Source: an uncultured virus (IMG/VR IMGVR_UViG_3300009455_000007) (Duplodnaviria; Heunggongvirae; Uroviricota; Caudoviricetes). From it: a stretch of DNA of 20,000 nucleotides. Both the position numbers and the translations under genes were made by a program. The notes under the pieces are model-generated. The model was given only the letters and a program-made list of their open reading frames with translations, had not been told where the DNA came from and made no database searches. Positions 6,870 to 14,622 of this stretch are shown piece by piece (positions within the stretch are counted from its first letter, which is position 1; each line of letters opens with the position of its first letter). Location of the stretch: IMG/VR virus record IMGVR_UViG_3300009455_000007; one strand, given 5' to 3'.

Positions 6870-8979
6870 TGCTCTTTGCTCCGTCTGCCGTGGGTTTGTT
6901 GGCCGTGGCGATGGCCACAGCCTGTTGGGTACGTGCCTGTTCCTGCTTGATCTGGATGTCGGCCGCCATCTGCTCCCGCTTCATCTGGATCTCGGCCGCC
7001 ATCTTTTCGCGGGCCATCTGCAGCTCGGCCTCCATCTTCCGCTCTTCGAGGGCGAGCTCGGCCTCCATCTTCCGGATCTCGGCAGCCTGCTGCATCTCGC
7101 TGTCGCCCCCGTTCGCCTCGGCCTGGGCCTTGGCGTGGGCCAGGGCGGCGTCGCCTTCGAGCTTGGACACCTGGGCCATCTTGCCGCGGCGCTCGATCTC
7201 GCGCGCTTCCTGCGCCTCGGGGCTCTCCTGGTCGCCTTCCATGTCCTTGACGATCGCCGCCTTGTCGCGCAGGCGGGAGGCCATGATGATGTGCTTGTCC
7301 GGGATGGCCACGCCGGCGTCGATGCGCAGGCGCACGGCCTGGTCGAACTGGGAGTCCTCGAACGTGTCGCGCTCCGGGCTGGAGGTGACCACGATCTCGT
7401 ACTCGCCCAGCTGCAGGTTGTTGGCGATCTCACCCTCGGGGGTGGGCTCGTTCACCCGCATCTCTTCCTGGGCGTTGGTCAGCTTGTCGGTGGTGATCCG
7501 GATCAGGCGCGGCTCGCTGTAGTGGTCCTGGATCATGCCCAGGGTGCAGCGGGCCAGCAGGAAGTCCGACCGGTTGAGGTTGTCCATGATCTTGGCGAGG
7601 TTGCCGCTGCTGGCCTGCTTGTTCTGGGCGATGGCCTTGGCCGACACGTCTTCGCGCGCGCTGCCCATCTGGTAGTCGGTCACGCCCGAGATGGTCTTGA
7701 TGTGCTCCTCGGCCTTGAAGCTGATCCGGTCCAGGCCCGTGGGGGTCTGGTTCGGCACGATCTTCTCGGCGTCTTCCATGTTGTCGAGCTCGAGCACCAG
7801 GCCGGTCATGGCCCCGCGCTGCTCCAGCTCGGCGATCGACATGTTCTTCGGGCCCGGGCTCTTCACCTTCCAGCCGCTGTTGGCCGTGGTGTTGACCACG
7901 TGCAACTCCTGGCTGGAGACCTTGTTCAGCAGCTCCTGCGGGCCGAGCAGGTTCTCGACCATGCCCAGGGTGCGCCCCCGCCTGAAGATCGGGAAGAACG
8001 GCACCACGGTGAAGCACTTGTAGGGGCTCCAGTCGTCGTGCAGCACCCGGTCGCCGGCGACCACTGTCCAACGCACGCGGCGGACCAGCTTCTTGGTCAC
8101 GGTCTCGTTCGGGTGCTCAGCCAGGTACTGCGCCAGCAGATTTCGGTCCTTCAGCATCTCCATCGGCACCTGGCGCATGTCGCCGGTGGCGATGTCGACA
8201 AAGTGCTCGACCTTGTCCAGCTTGCGCCACTGGCGCTCGATCACGCGGATGTTCCGCAGGGTGCTGGAAGCGACGGTGTCACGCAGGCCGCTGAAGCCGA
8301 TCGAGAAGTTGCTGCCGAACTTGTCCGTGTTGTCGTCGAAGGCGTCGAACCCGTAGGTGTCGCTGGCCGAGGCCACGCTGCGCAGGTGCTCGGCGTCCTC
8401 CTTCGAGTACAGCAGTTCGATCTGGTCGCCGGTCATCCACTTGGTCGTGATGACGTCGGACCAGCCCTCCGGGTCGTAGGTGTCGGCGTCGCTGTCGATC
8501 AGCACGTTGCGCGGGTTGAGCTGGGTGATCCGGACCTCGCCGCGCAGCGCGTCGCTGAAGTCCAGGCGCACGTCGTAGAACCCGCGGCTGGTGATGATCC
8601 CATCAGCGAACACGTCCGAGCGCACCCAGGGCAGCTGGTTGTTGTCCGAGATCTGCATGAAGACCTTGGTCAGCGCGTCAGCGACGGCGCCGGTAGCCCC
8701 CTCGTTGCGCGGCCGGAAGTTGATCTCCGAGCGGTTGTAGATCTGCTCACCCAGCACGTTGGCCATGGTGCTGAGGATCTTGTTGATCGTCAGCGCCGGG
8801 CGGCGGTACGCCTTGAGCAGGGCCAGGTCGGTCGGGTCCCACTGCAGGCCGGCGAAGAAATCCTCGCACTTGGCCGCCTTCTTCATGAAGTCGTAGTGCC
8901 CGTTGTCGCGCAGGTACGTGTACCTGTGCCAGGTGTCCATCACGGTCACCCGGTCTTTCATCGCGTCACGCGCCATCAT
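6859..8979 (-). CDS. portal protein (P22-like podophage type)
   Basis: FFAGLQW...RRPALTINKI, VFADGIITSRGF, PQELLNK..S, ISGVTD...G and LGEYEIVVTSSP motifs, with a long C-terminal coiled coil; 706 aa; between TerL and the scaffold. Confidence 0.9.
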   Translation of the reverse strand: MMARDAMKDRVTVMDTWHRYTYLRDNGHYDFMKKAAKCEDFFAGLQWDPTDLALLKAYRRPALTINKILSTMANVLGEQIYNRSEINFRPRNEGATGAVADALTKVFMQISDNNQLPWVRSDVFADGIITSRGFYDVRLDFSDALRGEVRITQLNPRNVLIDSDADTYDPEGWSDVITTKWMTGDQIELLYSKEDAEHLRSVASASDTYGFDAFDDNTDKFGSNFSIGFSGLRDTVASSTLRNIRVIERQWRKLDKVEHFVDIATGDMRQVPMEMLKDRNLLAQYLAEHPNETVTKKLVRRVRWTVVAGDRVLHDDWSPYKCFTVVPFFPIFRRGRTLGMVENLLGPQELLNKVSSQELHVVNTTANSGWKVKSPGPKNMSIAELEQRGAMTGLVLELDNMEDAEKIVPNQTPTGLDRISFKAEEHIKTISGVTDYQMGSAREDVSAKAIAQNKQASSGNLAKIMDNLNRSDFLLARCTLGMIQDHYSEPRLIRITTDKLTNAQEEMRVNEPTPEGEIANNLQLGEYEIVVTSSPERDTFEDSQFDQAVRLRIDAGVAIPDKHIIMASRLRDKAAIVKDMEGDQESPEAQEAREIERRGKMAQVSKLEGDAALAHAKAQAEANGGDSEMQQAAEIRKMEAELALEERKMEAELQMAREKMAAEIQMKREQMAADIQIKQEQARTQQAVAIATANKPTADGAKSNAP

Positions 8980-9181
8980 CTTGCTCCTCGCGCGGGCGCT
9001 TCCACCCGGCTTCGATCAGGTATGCCGCCTGCCCCCTGGGCACGTCGAGCGTGTCGGAGTCTGAAGCCAGGCCGAGGATCTGCGCCGCGGCGGACTGCAT
9101 GGCTTCGAAGACAGCCTCGCGGGTGTCGACGAGGTCGCCGGCCTCCAGCTGGATCTCCATCCGTACCTTGATCCTGTTCAA
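8966..9181 (-). CDS. hypothetical protein
   Basis: 71-aa ORF overlapping both neighbours, with a GAGGA RBS. Confidence 0.55.
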   Translation of the reverse strand: MNRIKVRMEIQLEAGDLVDTREAVFEAMQSAAAQILGLASDSDTLDVPRGQAAYLIEAGWKRPREEQDDGA

Positions 9182-9396
9182 TGTCCTCGAGCCTCGCCGT
9201 CAGGGTTTTCGTCGGTTACCAGGTCGCACCGGTGCGCTGCTTCGATCCTCGCCAGCCAGTGCGGAAACATGTCGCTCATCAGCCGCAGGGTCTTCTCGAA
9301 CTGGTCCGGGCCGCCGCTGCCGGCCAGGCCGTGCTCGACCCAGCACCCGCAGTTGAGCTGCACCTTCGCCGTGACCTTCGTCCTCATCCCGTCCAT
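9178..9396 (-). CDS. hypothetical protein with a CGC...HRC possible metal site
   Basis: Fills the gap after the TerL stop; start at 9396 or 9387; ATGA overlap with the downstream gene. Confidence 0.5.
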   Translation of the reverse strand: MDGMRTKVTAKVQLNCGCWVEHGLAGSGGPDQFEKTLRLMSDMFPHWLARIEAAHRCDLVTDENPDGEARGH

Positions 9397-9400
9397 CCGC

Positions 9401-11074
9401 TCAGGCGACCATGTGGCTGCCGGTGCCACTCAGGGTACCGAGCTTGTCCCTCCAGGACGCGGTCTTCACCTCGTCCGGGCCCTTGGGCGGCGCCTTCCCC
9501 ATGCACAGGCGGGTAGCCCAGGAGAGGGCATCCACCACGTCGTCGTGCGCTCCCGCGGGGAAGCGTAGCATCTCCTGCTCCGCGGCCGAGCGCCACGGTG
9601 CGTCTTCGAGGAAGTACACCCGTCCCTGCTGCATGCGCCCCTGGAGCGGGCGCGCGCGGGCGAGCTTGTCGGTCAGCGGCTTGAGCGTCTCGTACGCCGG
9701 GTACACATTCCGCTCCGCCATGCGCTTCTTGAGCATAGGTTCGATGGCCTTGAAGATCTGGCCGTCCTCGAAACCGAGCAGGTAATCCGTCTGCGGGATC
9801 TGGCCCCAGCGCTGGTACACGTCGATGATCGCCTCGACGATGCTGAAGCTGTCCCCCTTCAGCTTGTGCACGTCCAGGACGTACAGCGTGTCGGTCGAGT
9901 CCTGCATGATCGTGGCACCGACGGTGAAGTCGTTCGTCTGCTTCTCGCCGATCGCGAAGTCCCACGCCGTGTAGATCCGGCTGTGGCGCATGTCCGGGAA
10001 CGCGCGCGAGTACCGGAAATACCCCTTCTGGAAGTACATGCCCTCGTCGGGCACCGGGTTCTGCTGGTACAGGGCTGACCAGATCCGCGGCGAGAGCGTC
10101 GCCTTGATCCGGCCCAGGGCCTCGGGCGGGTAGCGCTCGTTGTGCAGTGCATCACCGGGGATGCGCAGCAGTTCGAACTCCGCCGGCTCGTACTCCAGGT
10201 CCTGGGCCGCCTGGTCGGCGGTGCCGTGGCCCAGGATCCGGTTTCGCATGGCCGCGCCGGCGATATCCTCGGGCAACAGCTCCGGGTTGCTCGTCCGCAG
10301 GATGTGCCCAGTGTCCCGGTGCCGCCACTCGAACTGCTCGGCCATGGCTGGGTAGCGGATCACCTCGAACTGGTCGGCGTTCGGGTCCCGCTTCGCCGCC
10401 TGCTGCAGCCGTCCGGCCAGGTCGTCGTCGTTCCACCAGGTCTCGATCAGCAGCACGCCGCCGCCGGGCGCCAGGCGGGTGTACGCCGTGGACTGGTACC
10501 AGCCCTCCAGCTTGTCGCGCACGTCCGAGTTGTCCGCCTCCTCCAGGTTCTTGATCGGGTCGTCGATGATCAGGATGTGCGCACCCTTACCCGTGATGCC
10601 GCCCCCGACGCCCGCGGCGGTGAACCCGCCGCCCTTCGTCATCTTCCACGCCTCGGCCGCACCAGTGTCCGGATCCAGCTGGGCTGCGGGAAACAGCTTC
10701 TGGTACTCCGCTTCGCGGGCGATTTCGCGCACCTTGCGCGAGAAGATCATCGGCAGGTCCAGGTTGTACCCGGCATTGATGATCTCGTGGTCCGGGTGCT
10801 GGCCCAGGTGCCAGGCCGGGAACCGGATGCTCGCCAGCTCGCTCTTCCCGTGCCGCGGGGGCACCAGCAGCATAAGCCGCGGGCTCTTGCCCTCGGCCAC
10901 TGCCTGGCTGAAGCGCTCCAGCCGCATGCAGATGTCGTGATGTACCCAGCCGGGCTTGTAGCTCGGGTGGGTGATCCGCGTGAAGTACAGCAGGCGCCGG
11001 CGCGCAAGGATGCGCTTGGCGAGCAGCTGCTCCGCGGCGGACTTAGGACTCTGGGGGGCCGTCGTCTGGGTCAT
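9401..11074 (-). CDS. terL: terminase large subunit
   Basis: Walker A (LLVPPRHGKSELAS), GGGITGKGAHILIIDDPIKN (Walker B), ETWWNDDDLAGRL, WSALYQQNP, and nuclease-domain AWDFA and FPAGAHDDVVDA. Confidence 0.95.
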   Translation of the reverse strand: MTQTTAPQSPKSAAEQLLAKRILARRRLLYFTRITHPSYKPGWVHHDICMRLERFSQAVAEGKSPRLMLLVPPRHGKSELASIRFPAWHLGQHPDHEIINAGYNLDLPMIFSRKVREIAREAEYQKLFPAAQLDPDTGAAEAWKMTKGGGFTAAGVGGGITGKGAHILIIDDPIKNLEEADNSDVRDKLEGWYQSTAYTRLAPGGGVLLIETWWNDDDLAGRLQQAAKRDPNADQFEVIRYPAMAEQFEWRHRDTGHILRTSNPELLPEDIAGAAMRNRILGHGTADQAAQDLEYEPAEFELLRIPGDALHNERYPPEALGRIKATLSPRIWSALYQQNPVPDEGMYFQKGYFRYSRAFPDMRHSRIYTAWDFAIGEKQTNDFTVGATIMQDSTDTLYVLDVHKLKGDSFSIVEAIIDVYQRWGQIPQTDYLLGFEDGQIFKAIEPMLKKRMAERNVYPAYETLKPLTDKLARARPLQGRMQQGRVYFLEDAPWRSAAEQEMLRFPAGAHDDVVDALSWATRLCMGKAPPKGPDEVKTASWRDKLGTLSGTGSHMVA

Positions 11075-11183
11075 CGAATTCCTCCAGCCAGGCGACGAGC
11101 GCGCTCCAGCCTATCCACGCCATGCCCCCGCCGATGAGCGCCACAAGGACGATCCATGCCAGCAGGGTGAGCAGGGTGCTCAC
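11043..11183 (-). CDS. small membrane protein (46 aa)
   Basis: Hand-translated from GTG at 11183 (GTGA overlap with the upstream stop): MSTLLTLLAWIVLVALIGGGMAWIGWSALVAWLEEFDDPDDGPPES. Confidence 0.55.
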   Translation of the reverse strand: MSTLLTLLAWIVLVALIGGGMAWIGWSALVAWLEEFDDPDDGPPES

Positions 11184-11344
11184 TCGTCGTCTTCGGGCCG
11201 GACCGCGGGTTCTTCGGGCAACGGCTCGTCGGCGGGGGCCTCGACGGTCTCGCTGACGGTCGTGCCGGGGTTCTCCTCGGCGTAGGCCTTCGACACCATC
11301 CGGCCGGTGCCGGCGTCACGGTAGATTTTGCGGCGCTTGATCAT
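11180..11344 (-). CDS. small protein with an RDAGTGR..S..YA..NP.TTV.ETV motif (54 aa)
   Basis: Hand-translated: MIKRRKIYRDAGTGRMVSKAYAEENPGTTVSETVEAPADEPLPEEPAVRPEDDE; ATGA overlap with the TerS stop. Confidence 0.7.
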   Translation of the reverse strand: MIKRRKIYRDAGTGRMVSKAYAEENPGTTVSETVEAPADEPLPEEPAVRPEDDE

Positions 11345-11961
11345 TTCGCTTCCTCAGGTTGAACCACGGTGAACTCCCCTTCGAGCGCGTCGGTGTCGCC
11401 TTCGGCCAAACGGAGCAATTCCGTGTCGTCCAGCTGCTGCAGTTTGTGGATGACCACCTGGCCGTTGACCGAAACCTCGAGTTTGTGGCGCGTCGGCTCG
11501 TAAAAACCGCACATTTTGGCCACTTCGCGCCATCCGGCGACCATCACGATCGGATCGGCCTTGATCCGGGCCATGTCGATCGCCTCCAGGAAGCCGTCGA
11601 TGACCTTTTTCTTGGTCATTTGGCTCGCCTGGGCGTATTTCGCCTTCTCGATGGCGATTGCGTGCTGGATTTTTGCGTTCCCGACGATGGAATTGCGCGT
11701 TCCGGGCGAATCACTGTACCCGGCCTGGCGAAGAGCCGCGTTGAAGTTCATTCCGTCGCGCGCGACCGCGTTCACGAAGAGCTGTTGGCGCTCGGTGAGC
11801 ACTGTGTCGAGCCTTTCCTTGCCCAAAGTGGCTGATCCGCCCTTGTTTCCGAGCCGAACGGTCGGCGAAGCCTGCCCGGAGATCGTGTAGCGCGAGGAAC
11901 GGCGCGGCGGACCCGGCTTCCTGGGCTTTTTTGGCTTGGGTGTCGCGGTTTCCCCGGTCAT
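11341..11961 (-). CDS. terS: terminase small subunit
   Basis: HTH-like LTERQQLFV...NFNAALRQAGYS, followed by MTKKKVIDGFLEAI and AGWREVAKMCGFY; upstream of TerL. Confidence 0.85.
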   Translation of the reverse strand: MTGETATPKPKKPRKPGPPRRSSRYTISGQASPTVRLGNKGGSATLGKERLDTVLTERQQLFVNAVARDGMNFNAALRQAGYSDSPGTRNSIVGNAKIQHAIAIEKAKYAQASQMTKKKVIDGFLEAIDMARIKADPIVMVAGWREVAKMCGFYEPTRHKLEVSVNGQVVIHKLQQLDDTELLRLAEGDTDALEGEFTVVQPEEAK

Positions 11962-12028
11962 GGGCGGGCATTCTTGCAGAATTTTTTGATTTTTTCAGAA
12001 AGTGCTTGACACGAAGAGGCCCGGGGGT

Positions 12029-12155
12029 ACTTCGGATCTAGAACTTTTTGTCTAGTTTCCAGGCAAAAACCGCGAAATTTTTGTATTTGCGGGGGCGCGA
12101 GGTCCTACCCCCTCGGCTCTCGAGGCACCCCCGACTTCGGATCTGGTTTCGGATC
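12029..12155. repeat. three TTCGGATC direct repeats in the divergent intergenic region
   Basis: ACTTCGGATCT at 12029-12039 and 12134-12144; TTCGGATC at 12148-12155. Confidence 0.6.
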
Positions 12156-12183
12156 CACGGAGTGCCTCGTGACGTGTGGGTAG

Positions 12184-12207
12184 AGCACGCTCGCAAGCTC
12201 GCGTTTG
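12184..12207 (+). promoter_or_regulatory. 24-bp element, copy 1 (AGCACGCTCGCAAGCTCGCGTTTG)
   Basis: Identical to 13999-14022; ends ~45 bp upstream of the first early gene. Confidence 0.6.
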
Positions 12208-12252
12208 TCCTTCGTTGAGTGAGCATCCCGCTCATCCAAACGGAGTATCGCA

Positions 12253-12471
12253 ATGCGTGAGTCCTCTGCCACCACGAATACCGCCGCCACCCTGTCCCCG
12301 TACGACACCGGCTATAACGCCGCCTTCGAGCCCTTCGCTGTTGCCGGTGCACAGACCTACGTCATCGCACGTGCCAGTGTTGCGCACCTCAAGCGTGGTA
12401 CCTCAGCCACCGCAGGCTTCAGCGTTGGCGCGTTCCACGGCTTCACCGCTGGTTGGAAGTCCGTCAAGTAA
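12253..12471 (+). CDS. hypothetical early protein
   Basis: 72-aa ORF with a GGAG RBS. Confidence 0.6.
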   Translation: MRESSATTNTAATLSPYDTGYNAAFEPFAVAGAQTYVIARASVAHLKRGTSATAGFSVGAFHGFTAGWKSVK

Positions 12472-12521
12472 TGCCCGCACCTCAACCCCGTTGTAGTAAC
12501 TCACCTATCTGGAGATTCGCC

Positions 12522-12869
12522 ATGACCAAGTCCCTCGACAAAATGACCAAGAGCGAACTGCTCGCCCACATCGCGTCGCAAGACGCCACCATCAAGGAAC
12601 AGTCCACGCGCCTCTGCGCCGCAGTGGGCAGCTACCGCGCGCTGCGCGACGAACGCGACACCATCGCCGACAAGCTTGCCGAGCTCGAAACGCGCCGCAA
12701 GTTCGAGAATCAGGCGTTCCGTTCCAAGCTCCGCGGCAAGAACGAGACCAAGCGCAGCAAGCGTGAGGACTGGGCCGCGTTGAGCCGCGAGTACTGCGCC
12801 AAGCACAACGTTTCGACCGTTTCCATGGCCAATCTGCGGGCGTACGCCGCAGCTAAGAACACCGCATGA
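12522..12869 (+). CDS. hypothetical coiled-coil early protein
   Basis: Likely start MTKSLDKMTKSELLAH after GGAG; part of ORF 12453..12869. Confidence 0.7.
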   Translation: MTKSLDKMTKSELLAHIASQDATIKEQSTRLCAAVGSYRALRDERDTIADKLAELETRRKFENQAFRSKLRGKNETKRSKREDWAALSREYCAKHNVSTVSMANLRAYAAAKNTA

Positions 12870-12988
12870 ACAGGCGCCGTTTCGTCCTGATCCTCATCGT
12901 TACAGCCCTACTTTCGGGGCTGTACGCCATCCAACCCGAGGAATGCAGGGGCTTCGGCCCCTCGTTCCCGTCCTACTGCAAGGACTGA
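12866..12988 (+). CDS. 40-aa single-pass membrane peptide with C-x10-C
   Basis: Hand-translated: MNRRRFVLILIVTALLSGLYAIQPEECRGFGPSFPSYCKD. It has an ATGA overlap upstream and ends 2 nt before the next ATG. Confidence 0.6.
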   Translation: MNRRRFVLILIVTALLSGLYAIQPEECRGFGPSFPSYCKD

Positions 12989-12990
12989 CC

Positions 12991-13194
12991 ATGCACAACA
13001 TCCTGCGTATCTTCGCTGGGCTCAGCCTCATCGCCATGATGCTGCTCAGCATCTTCAACACCTTCGGGGTGATGGGCCTCATTGGCTACCTCACCACCTC
13101 GCTCATCCTTATCTTCGACAAGATCACTGGCCGCAACAAAGCCAAGCGCGAAAGCGCTATGACTGACGGCACGTGGTGGAGGGACATCAAATGA
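12991..13194 (+). CDS. small membrane protein
   Basis: MHNILRIFAGLSLIAMMLLSIFNTFGVMGLIGYLTTSLILIF...; AAGGA RBS. Confidence 0.6.
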   Translation: MHNILRIFAGLSLIAMMLLSIFNTFGVMGLIGYLTTSLILIFDKITGRNKAKRESAMTDGTWWRDIK

Positions 13195-13406
13195 GCGGAG
13201 TCATCGACGATAGAGGAGTGCAGTGGGAACACTGCAGCCTCTGCCACAAGTTCGTACGCCTTACCAACCTAGGCTACGTCCCCCCACACATCCACCCACC
13301 TTACGGACAAGATATCTGCATGGAATGCACAAACATGCACCCGCAGATCGAATCCATCATTCCAGCAAAAAGCTGGATCGCTGAACGCGAAGGAGCACCG
13401 GCATGA
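13191..13406 (+). CDS. small zinc-finger-like protein
   Basis: MSGVIDDRGVQWEH-CSLC...CMEC (two CxxC motifs); GGAGGG RBS; ATGA overlap. Confidence 0.65.
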   Translation: MSGVIDDRGVQWEHCSLCHKFVRLTNLGYVPPHIHPPYGQDICMECTNMHPQIESIIPAKSWIAEREGAPA

Positions 13407-13549
13407 AAACCAAGCGCCTGCTGGAAATCATCGTTGTGCAGCTCGCCGCACAACGCCACAACGCCAAGGACCAAATCGAGCTGGCCATCATCGATGACCT
13501 CAAGCGCGAAGTTGAACAGCGCGAACAACAACTGGAAGCAATGACATGA
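13403..13549 (+). CDS. hypothetical 48-aa helical protein
   Basis: Hand-translated: MKTKRLLEIIVVQLAAQRHNAKDQIELAIIDDLKREVEQREQQLEAMT; AAGGAG RBS; ATGA overlaps at both ends. Confidence 0.6.
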   Translation: MKTKRLLEIIVVQLAAQRHNAKDQIELAIIDDLKREVEQREQQLEAMT

Positions 13550-13848
13550 TCATTGAATCCGGCATCATCATCTTCGCCGGCTTGTTGCTCCTCGCAATCA
13601 AGCTCCCACTCCGTACTAACCTCAAGCTGCTAGGGCGACCGCTCGCTGTCGACCTTACGGCATCCGTCGTTGCATACATCCTCCACTACGGCACCTTCAG
13701 CGGCATCATGGCCGCGGCCGTAGCTGGACTGATGACGTCAGGCTTCACTGCCTTTGCGCGCAAGGCAATAGGCCATATCGAACCCAAGACCGGAACGTAT
13801 ATCCCCGGCTGGTTCGACATGACTGCACGCTTGGAGCAAAAGTCATGA
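13546..13848 (+). CDS. membrane protein (2-3 TM)
   Basis: 100-aa hydrophobic ORF (…LH.GTFSGIMAAAVAGL…). Confidence 0.7.
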   Translation: MIIESGIIIFAGLLLLAIKLPLRTNLKLLGRPLAVDLTASVVAYILHYGTFSGIMAAAVAGLMTSGFTAFARKAIGHIEPKTGTYIPGWFDMTARLEQKS

Positions 13849-14000
13849 GCCCTGAAGAACAGTTCATGGAGTTCATAGACGACATGATCGCTACAAGCAA
13901 AAAAGAACGTAAGGCAGTAGCCGAACATCTGCGCGATATCGGCCAAATCGGGTTCTACAAAGAACTCGAATATGCCCCCTTCGATCAAACACTGCACTAG
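13845..14000 (+). CDS. hypothetical 51-aa protein
   Basis: Hand-translated: MSPEEQFMEFIDDMIATSKKERKAVAEHLRDIGQIGFYKELEYAPFDQTLH; GGAG RBS; ATGA overlap. Confidence 0.55.
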   Translation: MSPEEQFMEFIDDMIATSKKERKAVAEHLRDIGQIGFYKELEYAPFDQTLH

Positions 14001-14022
14001 CACGCTCGCAAGCTCGCGTTTG
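13999..14022 (+). promoter_or_regulatory. 24-bp element, copy 2
   Basis: Identical to 12184-12207; ends ~45 bp upstream of the ATG at 14067. Confidence 0.6.
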
Positions 14023-14066
14023 CCCATCTGATTTCGTTCACTCATCCAGTTCTTGGAGAACTCACC

Positions 14067-14291
14067 ATGCGTATCAAGTGCTCGATCAACAACTCTTCGA
14101 TGCAGATCATCAACGATGACGGCACGGTCGCTTTCGACTATGCGGTCAAGGAGATTTCCGTCGAAGGCGACATCAACGCCCTCTTCGCCCTCGGTGAAGA
14201 GATTGGCAAGACGATGGCGCAACAAGCTGCTGCCCAAGGCTTCGACGTGCAAAAGGCGCTCGAAGAAGTGGGCAAGGCAACCAAGCAGTAA
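14067..14291 (+). CDS. hypothetical protein
   Basis: 74-aa ORF with a GGAG RBS. Confidence 0.65.
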   Translation: MRIKCSINNSSMQIINDDGTVAFDYAVKEISVEGDINALFALGEEIGKTMAQQAAAQGFDVQKALEEVGKATKQ

Positions 14292-14429
14292 GCGGTGTGG
14301 CCTGCGACCGTGCTAACCCAAACGCAAGGCTTGGGATCGACGCCCCGTAGGAGCAACAACAAAAGACAAACAGGGCGCCCGCCGGACGATGTGCCCCCGG
14401 CACCACCGTTGTAGGAACAAGGAACTACG

Positions 14430-14618
14430 ATGCCACGCATCGATGACGATACAAGCACGCCGTTGGTCTTCACGTCCAACACGCAGTGGCTTGAAGAGAT
14501 CGACAGCAGAAGAAGCTTATCTCCCGAGGAAATGCTCACCGTCCTCGAGGAGATGCTGGAACAGGGTGAGCTAACCCACGAAGAACTACTCACATACCTG
14601 CAAGACCTCAGGAGTTAA
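14430..14618 (+). CDS. hypothetical acidic protein
   Basis: 62-aa ORF with an AAGGAA RBS; Glu/Leu-rich. Confidence 0.55.
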   Translation: MPRIDDDTSTPLVFTSNTQWLEEIDSRRSLSPEEMLTVLEEMLEQGELTHEELLTYLQDLRS

Positions 14619-14622
14619 TACC

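Noticed and set aside
3206..9171. Long plus-strand ORFs (677 aa at 3206-5239, 781 aa at 6826-9171) and similar antisense ORFs
   Set aside because: These are antisense shadows of GC3-rich capsid and portal genes, with no recognisable motifs.
10165..10325. Intein in TerL
   Set aside because: Too short, and it lacks the N-terminal Cys/Ser block and the C-terminal His-Asn followed by Cys/Ser/Thr.
14292..14429. Possible tRNA or ncRNA in the intergenic gap
   Set aside because: A GGGATCGACGCCCC stem loosely recalls a T-arm, but I could not build a cloverleaf, acceptor stem or TTC motif.
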